From the human T2T-CHM13v2.0 reference genome, Homo sapiens, in NCBI RefSeq assembly GCF_009914755.1, contig NC_060925.1: 64,000 nucleotides of DNA, one strand, 5' to 3'. Shown here piece after piece: positions 41,491 to 53,861 of the stretch. The notes under the pieces were generated by a model. The model saw only the letters and a program-made list of their open reading frames with translations, did no database searches and had not been told where the DNA came from. The position numbers and the translations under genes were made by a program. The first letter of the stretch is position 1; every line of letters begins with the position of its first letter.

Positions 41491-42572
41491 ACCACTTTCT
41501 AATCATTACTGATCATGGAATTACTAATCCCTATGCCTACTTACGTTTTTCAAATTATAAACTCCTTCAGAATAAAGTCTAGTTTATAATCATGTTAGTG
41601 ACCCTGCTTCATCAACCTTCTCTCTGGGCTTCACCTCAAAGTATTACTCTGCAATGCAGTGATTGAACTGCTAAGAAAAGTCTGTTGAATAGATGGATTT
41701 ATTGAGTGATAGAGGCTTCAATTGTCTAGACTTGTAAGTGTGTGATGTTCTCTCTTCTGCTTTTGCCCCCACCCTTTTTATTTCGACCATTTAAGATGAA
41801 TTTTTAAATACCAGGGCCATGACTGATAGAACAGCTAGTGCTCTCAGGTGTAAAAAGAACATGATGGTACAAATGACAAGTTACCTTCTAGAGTAATCTA
41901 AGCCTATGTCTACTGAACCAGTTTTCCACAAATGAAATACATTTAGTTGTACTCTCCGGTTCTTGATTATTTGGGAAAAAATAGCACAGAACCCTGAGGC
42001 CAGATGCCTTGAGTTATGTCCTAAATATGCCTGTAAAAGGTTTTGTTCGTTTTTTAATGGTATGAAACACAATGATCAACATATTAGTTAATAACACCTT
42101 TCTTATATATAAAAGAAGAAAGTTGAATTACTACATGATCTCTAAGATGCCTTCCAAGTTTTAACATTCTTTGACTTAATTCTTTATAGAAGGATTGACA
42201 TTATAAACTATCAACAGCCATTATAACACTTTTGTTGAATTTCAACAGATGGGACAACCACAGCAAGGCACCAATTGCTGTTAATGGCAACTAAATAGGA
42301 CATATGTATATATATGAAGAGTTGTTTCCTCTCCACAGACAAACTGCTTTTTCTTGACTTTTTAAATATGCTTCACCCAGCATGTAACTGTATTCTTAAT
42401 TAATATGTCCTTTTACAGAATTTTTCTTTTGAATTTTTTTTTCAGGAATGGATTTTAATCCTAATAACTGAAGAAGGTATAGTTTAAAAAATTTGTAAGT
42501 TATTTTGTATGTCAAATCATACTTTTCTCAAATGACCATGATCAATCTTAAAAGAAATTTCATTAACATTTT

Positions 42573-42628
42573 ATTTATTTACATTTTTACTTTTCTAGAG
42601 ACAGGATCTTGCTCTGTCACCCAAGCTG
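42573..42628 (-). mobile_element. Micro-Alu (AluJ-like 3' end, about 30 bp plus tail) with TSD
   Basis: T-rich tail + GAGACAGGATCTTGCTCTGTCACCCAAGCTG; TSD AACATTTT / AATATTTT. The empty site is preserved in the inverted copy near 45430-45437. Confidence 0.8.
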
Positions 42629-44620
42629 AATATTTTTAATGTCTCTAAGAAACAGGAATAAAACAAGTTGCATCCGAAACTTTCATAAGCTTACTGTATT
42701 GAGAAAGTTTCCAAGCCCTGACACAGGGAGAGGAACCCAGATGGAGTGCAGTGGTCTCTTTACATTGAGGAGACAGAGTTGAAAGTACAGGAGACTAAGG
42801 CAACAGGAGTTTTAGGGCAGAATACTGGAGGGGAGAGAGTCACACAAAAATAGAATCCTGGATGTTTGCAGAGCTCTCTCCACTTGAAGTCTCCAGCTGA
42901 TTATTCATCTGAACATACATGTGAAATAACTACTTGAGGTCAGGTAAAGAACCACCTGAAAGAATTAGGGAGAACAGTTCCCATGAATCATGTAGCACTA
43001 ATAATAGTTGGTATTCTCATCAGCCAGAGTGGTAAAAACCTTGCAATACATGCAGAGTTAAGTAGAGTACCCAGAGAATATTACCTCAATTATGGAAGAA
43101 AATATAATTTTAATATAGTCATATCTAGCATCCAATAAGGCTATATTCACAATGTTTGGCATTTAAATAAACATTATTAGGCATTCAAAGAATCAGAAAA
43201 ATATAATTCATAATGAGGAGAAATACCAATCAAAACTGCACGATATGACACAGATGATAGAATTAGTAATACGAGGACTTTATATGGATATTCTTATGCT
43301 CAGGGTAGAAGAAATAAAAAGTACATTCAGAAAGACCATAGGTTTTTTAGACAGAGGATTAATGCATTTATTACACAAATTACTAACTCGTTTCTCATCT
43401 ATGAATCTAGGTTGATAAGCTCTTGGAATAAGAAAGCCCAGCCTGGCAGCCATGGACCTTTGTTGCGGTCAGAATGAGTTGCAAAGATAATAAGGAGAGT
43501 TCCCTTCACCCAACTTCTCTACACTAGCCTCTTACATAATTATGGTACATTATTAATAGCAGGAAATTAACATCAATACAATGTTATTAACTAAAGACTT
43601 TATTTAGATTTCAGCAGTTTTTTCCCTAATGTTCTTTTTTTAAGCCATCATTGATCTTCTAGAGGTGAAAAACAGAGGTTGAAATAAAAAGTTAATGGTA
43701 TAGGATTAATAGCAAATTATACTCTTTAGAGAAAAAGACTAGTGAATATGAATAAATAAAAATAAAAACCAACCAATATGAAACAAACACAGAGAAAAAA
43801 GAATTTAAACAAAAACAAATAGAGCCACAGTAAAATGTGAGGCAACTTCAAGTAGCCTAACACACATGTAATTGGAAGACTTGCAGAGAGACAGACAGGA
43901 GCATTAAAAATATTTGAACAAATAATGGCCAAAATTTTTCCAAAATTGATAAAATTCTAAAGCTGCAGATCAAAGAACCACAAGTAAAAGAATCATCAGA
44001 GAAACTACACAAAGGCACATCATAATCAAATTTGCCTTAAACCAGTGATAAAGAGAAAATATTAAAAGAAGAAAAAAAGACTTACTTAAAGAGAGGAACA
44101 AAGATATGAATGAAGCACTTTTATCAAAATAGAAGATAGTTAAGCAACATCTTTAAAATATTGAAAGAAACATTTGTCAGCCTAGATTTCTATGCTATGC
44201 AACAATATTTATGAAAACAGAAAGCGAAACAAAGACAATTTTTCAGACATACAAAATCTGAAAGAATTTTTTACCAACACTTAAAAAATGTTAAGAAAAA
44301 TTGTTCAAGCATTCAGAAAATAATACCATATGGAAATCTGTAGCTACACAAAGAAATGAAGAGCACAGAAATAGAAAAGACATAGAAAAATTTTAACTAA
44401 GTTATTCTTATATTTTAAATAACTTAAAAAAATAATTAGCTAGTTAGTTGATTTCTGACTAACTGGTCAGAAATACTGGTCAGAAATACTGGTGTAAAGC
44501 CATTTCATTGGAAAAAGGATTTTCTGTTCAAAAATAGTGCTGGAACAATTGGCAACCCATATGCAAAAGGAAAAACATAGACCATACCTCACACCATACA
44601 CAAAAATTAACTCATGATGG

Positions 44621-45058
44621 ACAAGAATGCACTGAGGGTGAAGTAGGATTCTCCTGCCCCTCCCAAAGCCAAAGCAAAGGCTTTGAAGGCCAAGAAGGTA
44701 GTGCTGAAAGGCATCCATAGCCACACAAAAAAGATGATTTGTGGGGGCCCAAGACACTGTGCCTCCAAAGGCAGCCCAAATATCCTTGGAAAACCCCAGG
44801 AAAAACAACCTTGGCTACTATGCCAACATCAAGTTCCCCTGACCACTGAGTCAGCCATGAAGAAGAAAGAAGACAACAACACACTTGTGTTCATTGTAGA
44901 TGTTAAAGCCAGTGAGCACCAGGTCAAACAGGGTATGAAGAAGGTGTATGACATTGATGTGGCCAAGGTCAACACCCTGATCAGCCTCATGGAGAGAAGA
45001 AAGTATATTTTCAACTGTCAACTGGTTCCTGATTATGATGCTTTTGATGTCACCATAA
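44621..45058 (+). pseudogene. RPL23A: Processed pseudogene of ribosomal protein L23a (RPL23AP-type; locus number not determinable)
   Basis: Intronless. Peptides [50 protein letters not shown] and PDYDAFDV match RPL23A. Frameshifts and deletions present; 3' end, poly(A) and TSD not visible. Confidence 0.95.
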
Positions 45059-45954
45059 GATATAAAACAGACATTAACAAATGTTGATGAAGGTGTAGAG
45101 AAAATGGATCCCTTAGACATTGCTGGTGGAAATGTAAAATGGTGCAGCCATTTGGAGAACAGTTTGGGAGCTTCTTATAAAGTTAAACATAAAACTACCA
45201 TAAAACCCAGAAATTTCACTCCTAGGTGTCTACCCAAGAGAAATAAAAACATATGTTCACACAAAGACACCCACATGAATGTTTACAACAGGGTTATTCA
45301 TTATAGCTGAAAACTATAGACTCTATCTGGGTTCCTGTCCTTGTACCATGGCTTGGAAGCTCTCTCAATGTCATAAGCTGATAAAAGTTTAGTGCTCAAC
45401 TTGTTTTATTCTTGTTTCTTAGAGGCATTAAAATATTAATAAAATTTATTTTAAGATTATGATTATTGTGAGAAAATTATAATTTGATATACAAAATAAC
45501 TTATAACTAAAATTTTAAAATTATATTGACTTTCAGAAAGTATAACCTTACTATAAGTAAAGTTCTTATACTATATATGATATAATATAATATAATCCAA
45601 TACTATATGAAGCTAGACTGTGATAAATTAAAGAGGTACACTATAGACTTTAAGACAACTACTAAAAACTCAAAATGTTATAGCTAATAAATTAATAATG
45701 TAGACAAAAATTAACTTTAAAATACAGCTAATTCAGCAGAAGGCAAAGTGGGCACAAGGAACAAAGAAATATGGGATGTATAAGAGAAAGTAACAAATTA
45801 TAGACTCAAACACAATCATAGAGATAATCACATTAAATATAAAATATCTAAATACTCCTATTAAAAGGCAGAGGTTGTCAGATATATCAAAAGGTAAGAC
45901 TCAACTATATGCTGCCTACAAGATTCTACTTAAAATATGAATACACAAAGAGAT

Positions 45955-46328
45955 CAATATGGTTTTGCTGTGTTGCCACCCAAATATCATCTTGAATTGT
46001 GGTTCCCATAATCCCCATGTGTCGTGGGAGGGATCAGGTGGAGATAGTTGAATCATAGAGGTGGTTTCCCCCATCCTGTTGTCAGTGATAGTGAGTTAGT
46101 TCTCACAAGATTTGATGGTTTTATTAAGGGGCTTCCCCCTTCACTAGGCACTCATTCTTCTCCTTTCTGCCATCATGTGAGGAAGGATGTGTTTGCTTGC
46201 CCTTCTGCCCAGATTGTAAGTTTCCTGAGCCTCCCCAGCCCAGCAGAACTGAGTCAATTAAACCTCTTTTCTTTATAAATTCCAGTATTGGGCAGTTCTT
46301 TATAGTAACATGAGAATGGACTAACATG
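45955..46328 (+). mobile_element. THE1 (C/D-like) MaLR solo LTR
   Basis: ATATGGTTTTGCTGTGTTGCCACCCAAATATCATCTTGAATTGT...GGACTAACATG; TSD GAGAT/TAGAT. Confidence 0.92.
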
Positions 46329-47035
46329 TAGATTAAAAATACATCAATGGAAAAAGACATATCATGCTAAAACTATTTTTTAAATCTGGAGTATCTGCAT
46401 AAATATTAGAAACAGATGATTTCATAGCAGATAAGATTACCAGGAATAAATATCCATGAAGAAGTCAATTCATGAAAAAGATAAAACAAATAATCTCAAA
46501 TGTTTATGTACCTAATAGCATAACTTCAAGGATTATAAAGAAAATCCATAATGGAACATATCATGGAACTAAGACAATATAAGATAATCAACAATTATAG
46601 TCAAAGATTTCAACTTACCTCTCAATAATTAGTAGTACAAAGAGATGTAAAATCAGTTAAGATACAGAAGATTTGAACAGCAGCATCAATCAACTTGATC
46701 CAATTCACATTTATAAAATACTTCACACAAAATAGCATAAGGGACGCTCATTTCCAGTGCCCACAAAACATTTACCAGGCGAGACTATATTCTGACCCAC
46801 AAATTTTAAAGAACATAAATCATACAAATGTATTATCTGACCAGAGTGAAGCTTAGGTAGACAGAAAGATATCTAGAAAATCTCTAAATGTTTGGAAAAT
46901 AAACAACACACTTCTAAATAACCTATGGGTTAAACAAGAATGCAAAATGAAAACTAAGTGAATGAATTTGTGGAATTAAATTAGTGTTTAATTTATAGCA
47001 CTAACACCTATATTAAAAACAAAAGGTTTAAAATT

Positions 47036-47342
<307 letters not shown>

Positions 47343-47918
47343 GAAAGGTCTAAAATTAATGACCTAAGCTGCCACCTAAAGACACTTAAAAAAAATAGCA
47401 AATCAAACACAAAATAAGCAGAAATAAGAAAATAATTAAGATTATAATCATATAATTATTATATTAATTATGCATAATTATATCTAATTGTACTAATTAA
47501 ATATTTCTGATAATTATATAATAATTCAAAGCAAAAAATTCAATGTTATGGTAAACATAATGTTCTCCATTGTTTATAAAGGTCAATGAAAATAAAAAAC
47601 AATTGTTCCTTTGAAAAGATCAGTAACATAAATAAACCTAGTAGATTTGTCAGAAAATATAAGAGGAGAAAACTCACAAAACACCAATATCAAGAATGAA
47701 ATAGGAATCATAACTATAGATCCCACAATTATAACTTTTAAAGTAATTAAATTTGTCTTTTAAAACTTCCCAAAATAAAAACTCCAGACCCATATGATTT
47801 CACCAGTGGATTTCACCAAATATCTAAGGAAAAGGGATTATCAATTCTATACAAATTCTTCCATAAATTGAAGAAAAGAGAATACTTTTCAAGTCATTCT
47901 CTAAGAAGAGAATTAACT

Positions 47919-48737
47919 GAGAGGAGGTCAAAATATCAACATTAACAGGAGTTTGAAAGAAGTCAATTCCAAGTCTCATAGATGACCTTGAGAGGCTCAA
48001 GACTTCAGTAGAAGAAGTCACTGCAGATGTGGTGGAAAGAGAAAGAGAACTAGAATTAGAAGTGGAGCCTAATATTGTGACTGAATTGTTGTAATACCAT
48101 GATAAAATCTGAATGGATGAGGAGCTGCTTCTTCAGGACGAGCAAAGAAAGTGGTTTTTTGAGATAGAATCTGCTTCTGAAGAAGAGGCTGTGAACATTG
48201 TTAAAATGACAACAAAAGATTTAGAATATTACATATACTGAGTTGATAAAGCAGCAGTAGGGTTTGAGAGGATTGACTCCAATTTTGAAAGAAGTTTTAC
48301 TGAGGGCAAAATGCTGTCAAGCAGCAACACATGCTACAGAAAAATCTGGGGGAAGGAATAGTTAACTGATGCAGCACCCTTCATGGTTGTCTTATTTTTT
48401 AAAATTGCCACAGGCACTCCTACTTTCAGCAACTACCATTTTCATCAGTTAGCAGCCATCAACACCAAGGCAAGGCCCTCTACCAACAAAAAGATTATGA
48501 GTAGCTAAAGACTCAGATGATTGTTAGTATTTTTTTGCAATAAAATATTTTTAAATTAAGGCATGCATATTGTTTTAAGCATAATACTATTACACACTTA
48601 ACAGGCTACGGTATAGTACGAACATAACTTTTATATGCACTGGGAAATCAAAAGATTTGTGTGAATTATTTCATTGCAATATTCGGTTTATTGTAGTGGT
48701 CTGGAACTGAACCTGCAATATCTCTAAGGTATGTCTG
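47919..48737 (+). mobile_element. Tigger1 3' portion
   Basis: GAGGAGGTCAAAATATCAACATTAACAGGAG...GAACTAGAATTAGAAGTGGAGCCT; 3' TIR GGTCTGGAACTGAACCTGCAATATCTCTAAGGTATGTCTG followed by TA. Confidence 0.92.
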
Positions 48738-50499
48738 TACTATGTTCATGAATCAGAAGACACAGTATCATTAACATACCAATTCTTCCCAAAGTTATCT
48801 ACAGATTCAATGTAAATTCAATCAAATTGCCAACAGGGTTTTTGTTTTGTAAATATCAGTGTGTTAATTCAAATATTTATATGAAAAGGCAAAGGAACAA
48901 GACTAGCCAAAACAATTTTGAAAAAGTAAAAGTTGGAGGACTCACACTACCTAATTTCAAGTTTGATTATAAAGCTGTGATAAAAACAGTATAGTACTGA
49001 AATTTTATAGATCAATGAAATATAGTTCAGAAATAGACCTACACATATATGATAAATTGATTATCAACAAAGGTGCAAAGGCAAGTCAATGAAGAAAGGA
49101 TAGTCTTTATCAACTAGATATTTACATGTAAACAACAATGGACCTCATTCCATACCTTCTACCATACACAAGTATCAGTTCAAAAGGGATCATAGCTCTA
49201 AACTGAAAATCAAAAACCATAAACTGGCTAGAAAAGAATATAGGGAAAAATATTTGAGACCTTCAGTTAGGCAAAGCTTTGTTAGATATTACACTAAAAG
49301 CACAAGCCATAAAGGAAAAAGCGGTAAGTTGGACTTTATCAAAATGCAAAACTTCTGTTCTTCAAAAGACACAATTAAGAAAACAAAAAGATAAGCCATA
49401 GGCTGATAGAAAATATTTGCAATTCATATATTTGATAATGGACTTGTACCCACAATATATAAATAACTCTAAACTCAATAATAAGAAAACAACATTTCAG
49501 TTTAAAAATAGGACAATGATTTGTATAGACAGTTCATAAAAAAAGATATATCAATGGAAAATAAGCCTATGAAAACATAATCAATCTCAATAGGTATTAG
49601 ATAAGTGCAAATTGGACCCACAATGAGACACCATAACACATTTATTAGAATGGCAATATTAACAAACAAACAAACAAAAACTGGCAATACCGTGTGCTGG
49701 CAAAGATGTTTAGAGCAATTGGAACTCTTTTTACATTGCTGATAGGAATACACAATGGTACACCCACCTTAGAAAACTCTTTGTCAGTTTCTGATAAAAT
49801 TAACATACACTTATTATATGATCCAATGATCCTACTCCTAAATATTTACGCTACAGAAATAACACATTCACACATTCTGCACATTAATGCTCATAACAGC
49901 ATTAACTATTATCACCAAAAACTGGAAACGACCAAATTTTCTTCATGTAAAGAATGGATAAATAAATGTGCCTATTCATATCATGAAATACTACTTAGCA
50001 AAAAAGAATAAAAAATCTGCTAATACACATAACAATATGAATAAATCTCAAGTGCATCACGCTAAGTGAAAGAAGGCAGACTCAAAGGGTTTATACTGTA
50101 TGATTCAATTTATATGACATTCTGGCATGGGAAAAATTATAGGGACATAAATCAGTTGCCAGAGACAAGTTGGGGGAGAGGATGACTAAGGACCATGTGG
50201 AGATTTTTGAGGTATGGGAACTATTCTATATTTTGATTTTGATTGCATTTACATGACTGTACTGTGGTTGTCAAAACCTACAAAACTATCTTCTAAAAGA
50301 ATAAAGTATTATATTTTGATAAAATAAGACACAAAGAAAAAATCAGCTTCATTTTTCAAATAGAAATACAAAGTCATTTCTATGAAAATAAAAGTTCAAT
50401 AAATCTAATAAAAAGGTCTACAGTATTATATACTCAACAGTATGGGAGATTATGTTATTACTCCAAAATATTAAGAGCTCCATTCTGAGGTGGACTATA

Positions 50500-50870
50500 T
50501 ACAGCAGATCTTCGTTATTTGCAGAGTTTGTGTTTGTGAATTTGTTCACTTGTGAAAATTTATTTTTAATCTCAAGATGATAGGGCATTTTCATGGTCAT
50601 GTGTGAACACTTGCAGAGTGGCAAAAAACTGAGTGACCTGACATATACGTTCTCAGCTGAGGGGAAATAACGTGATGCTCTGTCTCTATGTTTCAGCCAT
50701 CATACTGTACACAAGTGTGCTTTTCTTGGTCTACTTAGTGACACCTTTTTCACATTTTAATGCTTTTTATTGGTGATTTTTGCCTTTTAAATTGGCCCTC
50801 AAGCATAATGCTGAAGTGCTATCTATCTAGCGTTCCTAAATGCAAGAAGGTTGTGTGATGTGTCTTATGT
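50500..50870 (+). mobile_element. TcMar-Tigger non-autonomous element (MER82-like), 5' half
   Basis: TA|CAGCAGATCTTCGTTATTTGC start; TCTCAGCTGAGG; TTGGCCCTCAAGCATAATGCTGAAGTGCT. Confidence 0.7.
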
Positions 50871-51119
50871 TACAAACTATGTATACCCAATGTTAAGAGT
50901 AGCTCTAGTTATAAGTCAATTATTGAATAAACACATAATATGCACACTCTAATAAAGTTAATTGCTATAATCTTTCTACCTTTACAGCTAAATAACATTC
51001 TTTTAATATATGTTGAATTCCACCTTTTTTGAGATTACTGGGTATGGTTGTAGAAATAATATAAAGTTAATAAGTATTTTTATTTATACTTGATTGAATG
51101 CTTTTGAAAAATCAAATTT

Positions 51120-51330
51120 AATAATAATTAAAATTATCAAGGTGGGTTTTCAAAAAATTTCATTCTTACAACTGGCATATGAAGCAGACAGTATTATTAT
51201 CCCAGTTTCAGAGACGAAACATCCAGATTCAGTGTGGTTACACTAACACCTTCAAGGTTAAAGAAGCTAGTGCCTGAGGGAACAGTTTTAAACTCTAGTG
51301 GGTCGGACTCCAAAGCTCTTGCTCTCAATC
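51120..51330 (-). mobile_element. MIR
   Basis: ATTATTATCCCAGTTTCAGAGACGAAAC...GACTCCAAAGCTCTTGCTCTCAATCACTAC. Confidence 0.75.
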
Positions 51331-53791
51331 ACTACAGGAGTGCAATATTGGCACAGTTTTTCTTGTCTTTTTCATTTTTTTGTAAATGACATTTTAAAAC
51401 TAGTACAGAATTTCAAAGGTCCAACATCATATTCATTAGTTTGTATCACCTTGCCTTTACAGTCAACAAATTTAATTGGGGAAGAGGCATATATCAGAAA
51501 GATTTTTCTATAATTATTTCAGAAATTATCACATTGATCTTGTAGATTGCCCTATTCATGAGCATTCACGTGTTGTTTTTAGAAAAATAATTAAATGTCC
51601 CTTTCTTCATAAATAAAGCTTTATATAATGCATTTTGATGGAAGTGAAGGTAGTGAAAGAAACTATTTCCTGATGTGTAACCATCTAAATGTATGTGTTT
51701 TTCACTTTGCACTTCATTCTGTATTTGTGAATTTGCTCACTCAAATTTATGTGTAATCTCAGATACCTGTGGCACTTTCATAGTCACTTTCTGCAAAGGA
51801 TGACTAGCACACTTGTTGGTCAAAGTTCCTGTTCATTGAATATATGAATCTTGTTGGCTCTGATTTAAAAAAAAATTAATCTATCAACCTAGAAAATACC
51901 TGATTTAGTGTCTTGCTACTGCCATAAAGTTTCCTCTGTTGTATGCTTCCCTCTCTAATACATGCCAGCCTGTTGAATTATGCAAAAACAAATACAAAAA
52001 AGGAAAACATTGTATCTACTTTTTGTTTTGAGTTTTATATGGTTATTTTTGAGAGATAATAAATACGGAAAATTCAATAGCAAATTTAACTGATTGGGAA
52101 AAGTCCATCTAACATATAAGTAACTAAAAATTATTACTCTGAGCTTATCCTTCCTTGGCCAATGTAAATCCAAATACATAAATTTAGTATTATTGGGGAA
52201 GGAAGAAGACCCTGACCTTGATTCTTTCTACATGTATGTCTAGTTATGAATTTCTGAATCCTCTTATTTGACTTTAAACCTAGATTTGTTGACAACTGTC
52301 AAGTGGGGAAGAGCTATTTTATATGAACCTATAAGAAGAAATAAGAATTAACTCATAGTATTTAGGAACAGAAGCATAATGCCCCAAAGGGAGCTTTTGG
52401 TTGCTGTCTTCCTTCATTTACCTACTACTTTCAGGTACAATATTTCCATCTTTCTTATCTATTCAACCTATCTGTTGGTCACTGGAGTATCTTGCCAAAT
52501 AAAGGAAAATAAAGGCATTGACTTTAAAAAAAAAAAGTAGATATCAATAACCAAGAAGAAAGTGAACATTCCTTTTTTTTCTTGCAAATGCAGAAGACAT
52601 ATAACAGCTGTATTTCTAATGGCAGAAAAATTGACTCTTAGGTGGCAAGGCTGTGAATTGCTGCTGTACAATATCATTTAGACATCGGGTTTACAATCCA
52701 TTTCCAAGGAAACATGCTATTTATCATTTCCCTCAATGTCATTAATCACTTTTCAAGATGCATTTCTATATCCCATCTTGTCCTCTCAAATTGATTTATC
52801 TTAAAGACCAATTAATGACTCTTCAAATCCACTTCAAAAACAAAATTATGTTCAGATAATGGTTCCTTTTTCTTGAAGAATATAAATTATAGTAATATAT
52901 AGAAACTGAAATCTATAACAGAAGAGCAATGAACTTGTTTGGACCCTAAATGCATTTGGCTAATACTATGATATTCTGAACTGAGCATTCTATTGCAAAA
53001 CAAAAGGGACTCAAATAGAAGCAACTCATTTGGGAATTATATTGTTTACATAATTCATATTTTTTCTTTTTTTTTCACATGAACAGTTGCCATTAAAGAT
53101 GCATTAAAAGCTTGCCATTCCTTTGGAATAAGGTATGAAAAATGACATTAACCCTGGGAGCAAAGAACTCTTTGAATTTGTCATGACTTTTCTCTGCCCT
53201 TTCATGAAACTAAACGCAGGGTGATTTTTGGCCACTGACACGCTAGCCACTTTTGGAGTAAGACCAGTGAGTAAATTTGATTTTAAAACTGACCACGACT
53301 TTTCATTGACATTTATAGGCAGAGACAGATGTTAACTTGTAATAAATTTGAAAGCAGAATTTTATTTTCAGAGCCATGAACCAAATATGAACTTTCCAAT
53401 GCCGCTTCCTCCATTCGCGCATAACTTTTCAGTATTTATTGTAGTTTGGTCTGGCAATCTACTAGAAATTTTTCCAAATCAAATTAGTTGAAATATTGCA
53501 ATGCCATCTTTTAAAAATCTTTATTGAGATATAATTCAAAGGCCATACAATTTACCCATTGAAAATGTACAATTTAATGTTTTCTTAGTATATGCACAGA
53601 GTTGTGGAACCATTACCACAATCTAATTTAGAACATTTTTTATCACCCCCAGATGAAACTGCATACCCATTAGCAATCACTCTTATTCTATCCCCCATCC
53701 TTAGTTAATGGCTTCCTGTTTCTAGAGATTTGCCTATTCCAGACACTTTTATATAATGGAATCATAGATTGTGAACTTTAGTGATAGTATT

Positions 53792-53861
53792 TTTTTCTTT
53801 TTTAAGATGGAGTCTGGCTTTGTCGCCCAGGCTGGAGTGCAGTGGCACGATCTCGGCTCAC
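53792..53861 (-). mobile_element. Severely 5'-truncated Alu (S/Y-like, CpGs retained) with TSD
   Basis: T-tract + AGATGGAGTCTGGCTTTGTCGCCCAGGCTGGAGTGCAGTGGCACGATCTCGGCTCAC; TSD GATAGTATT / GATAGTCTT. Confidence 0.88.

Noticed and set aside
44683-45087. 134-aa ORF as a functional RPL23A retrogene
   Set aside because: The middle is frameshifted, the start is non-native, the C-terminus is lost and the ORF runs into L1.
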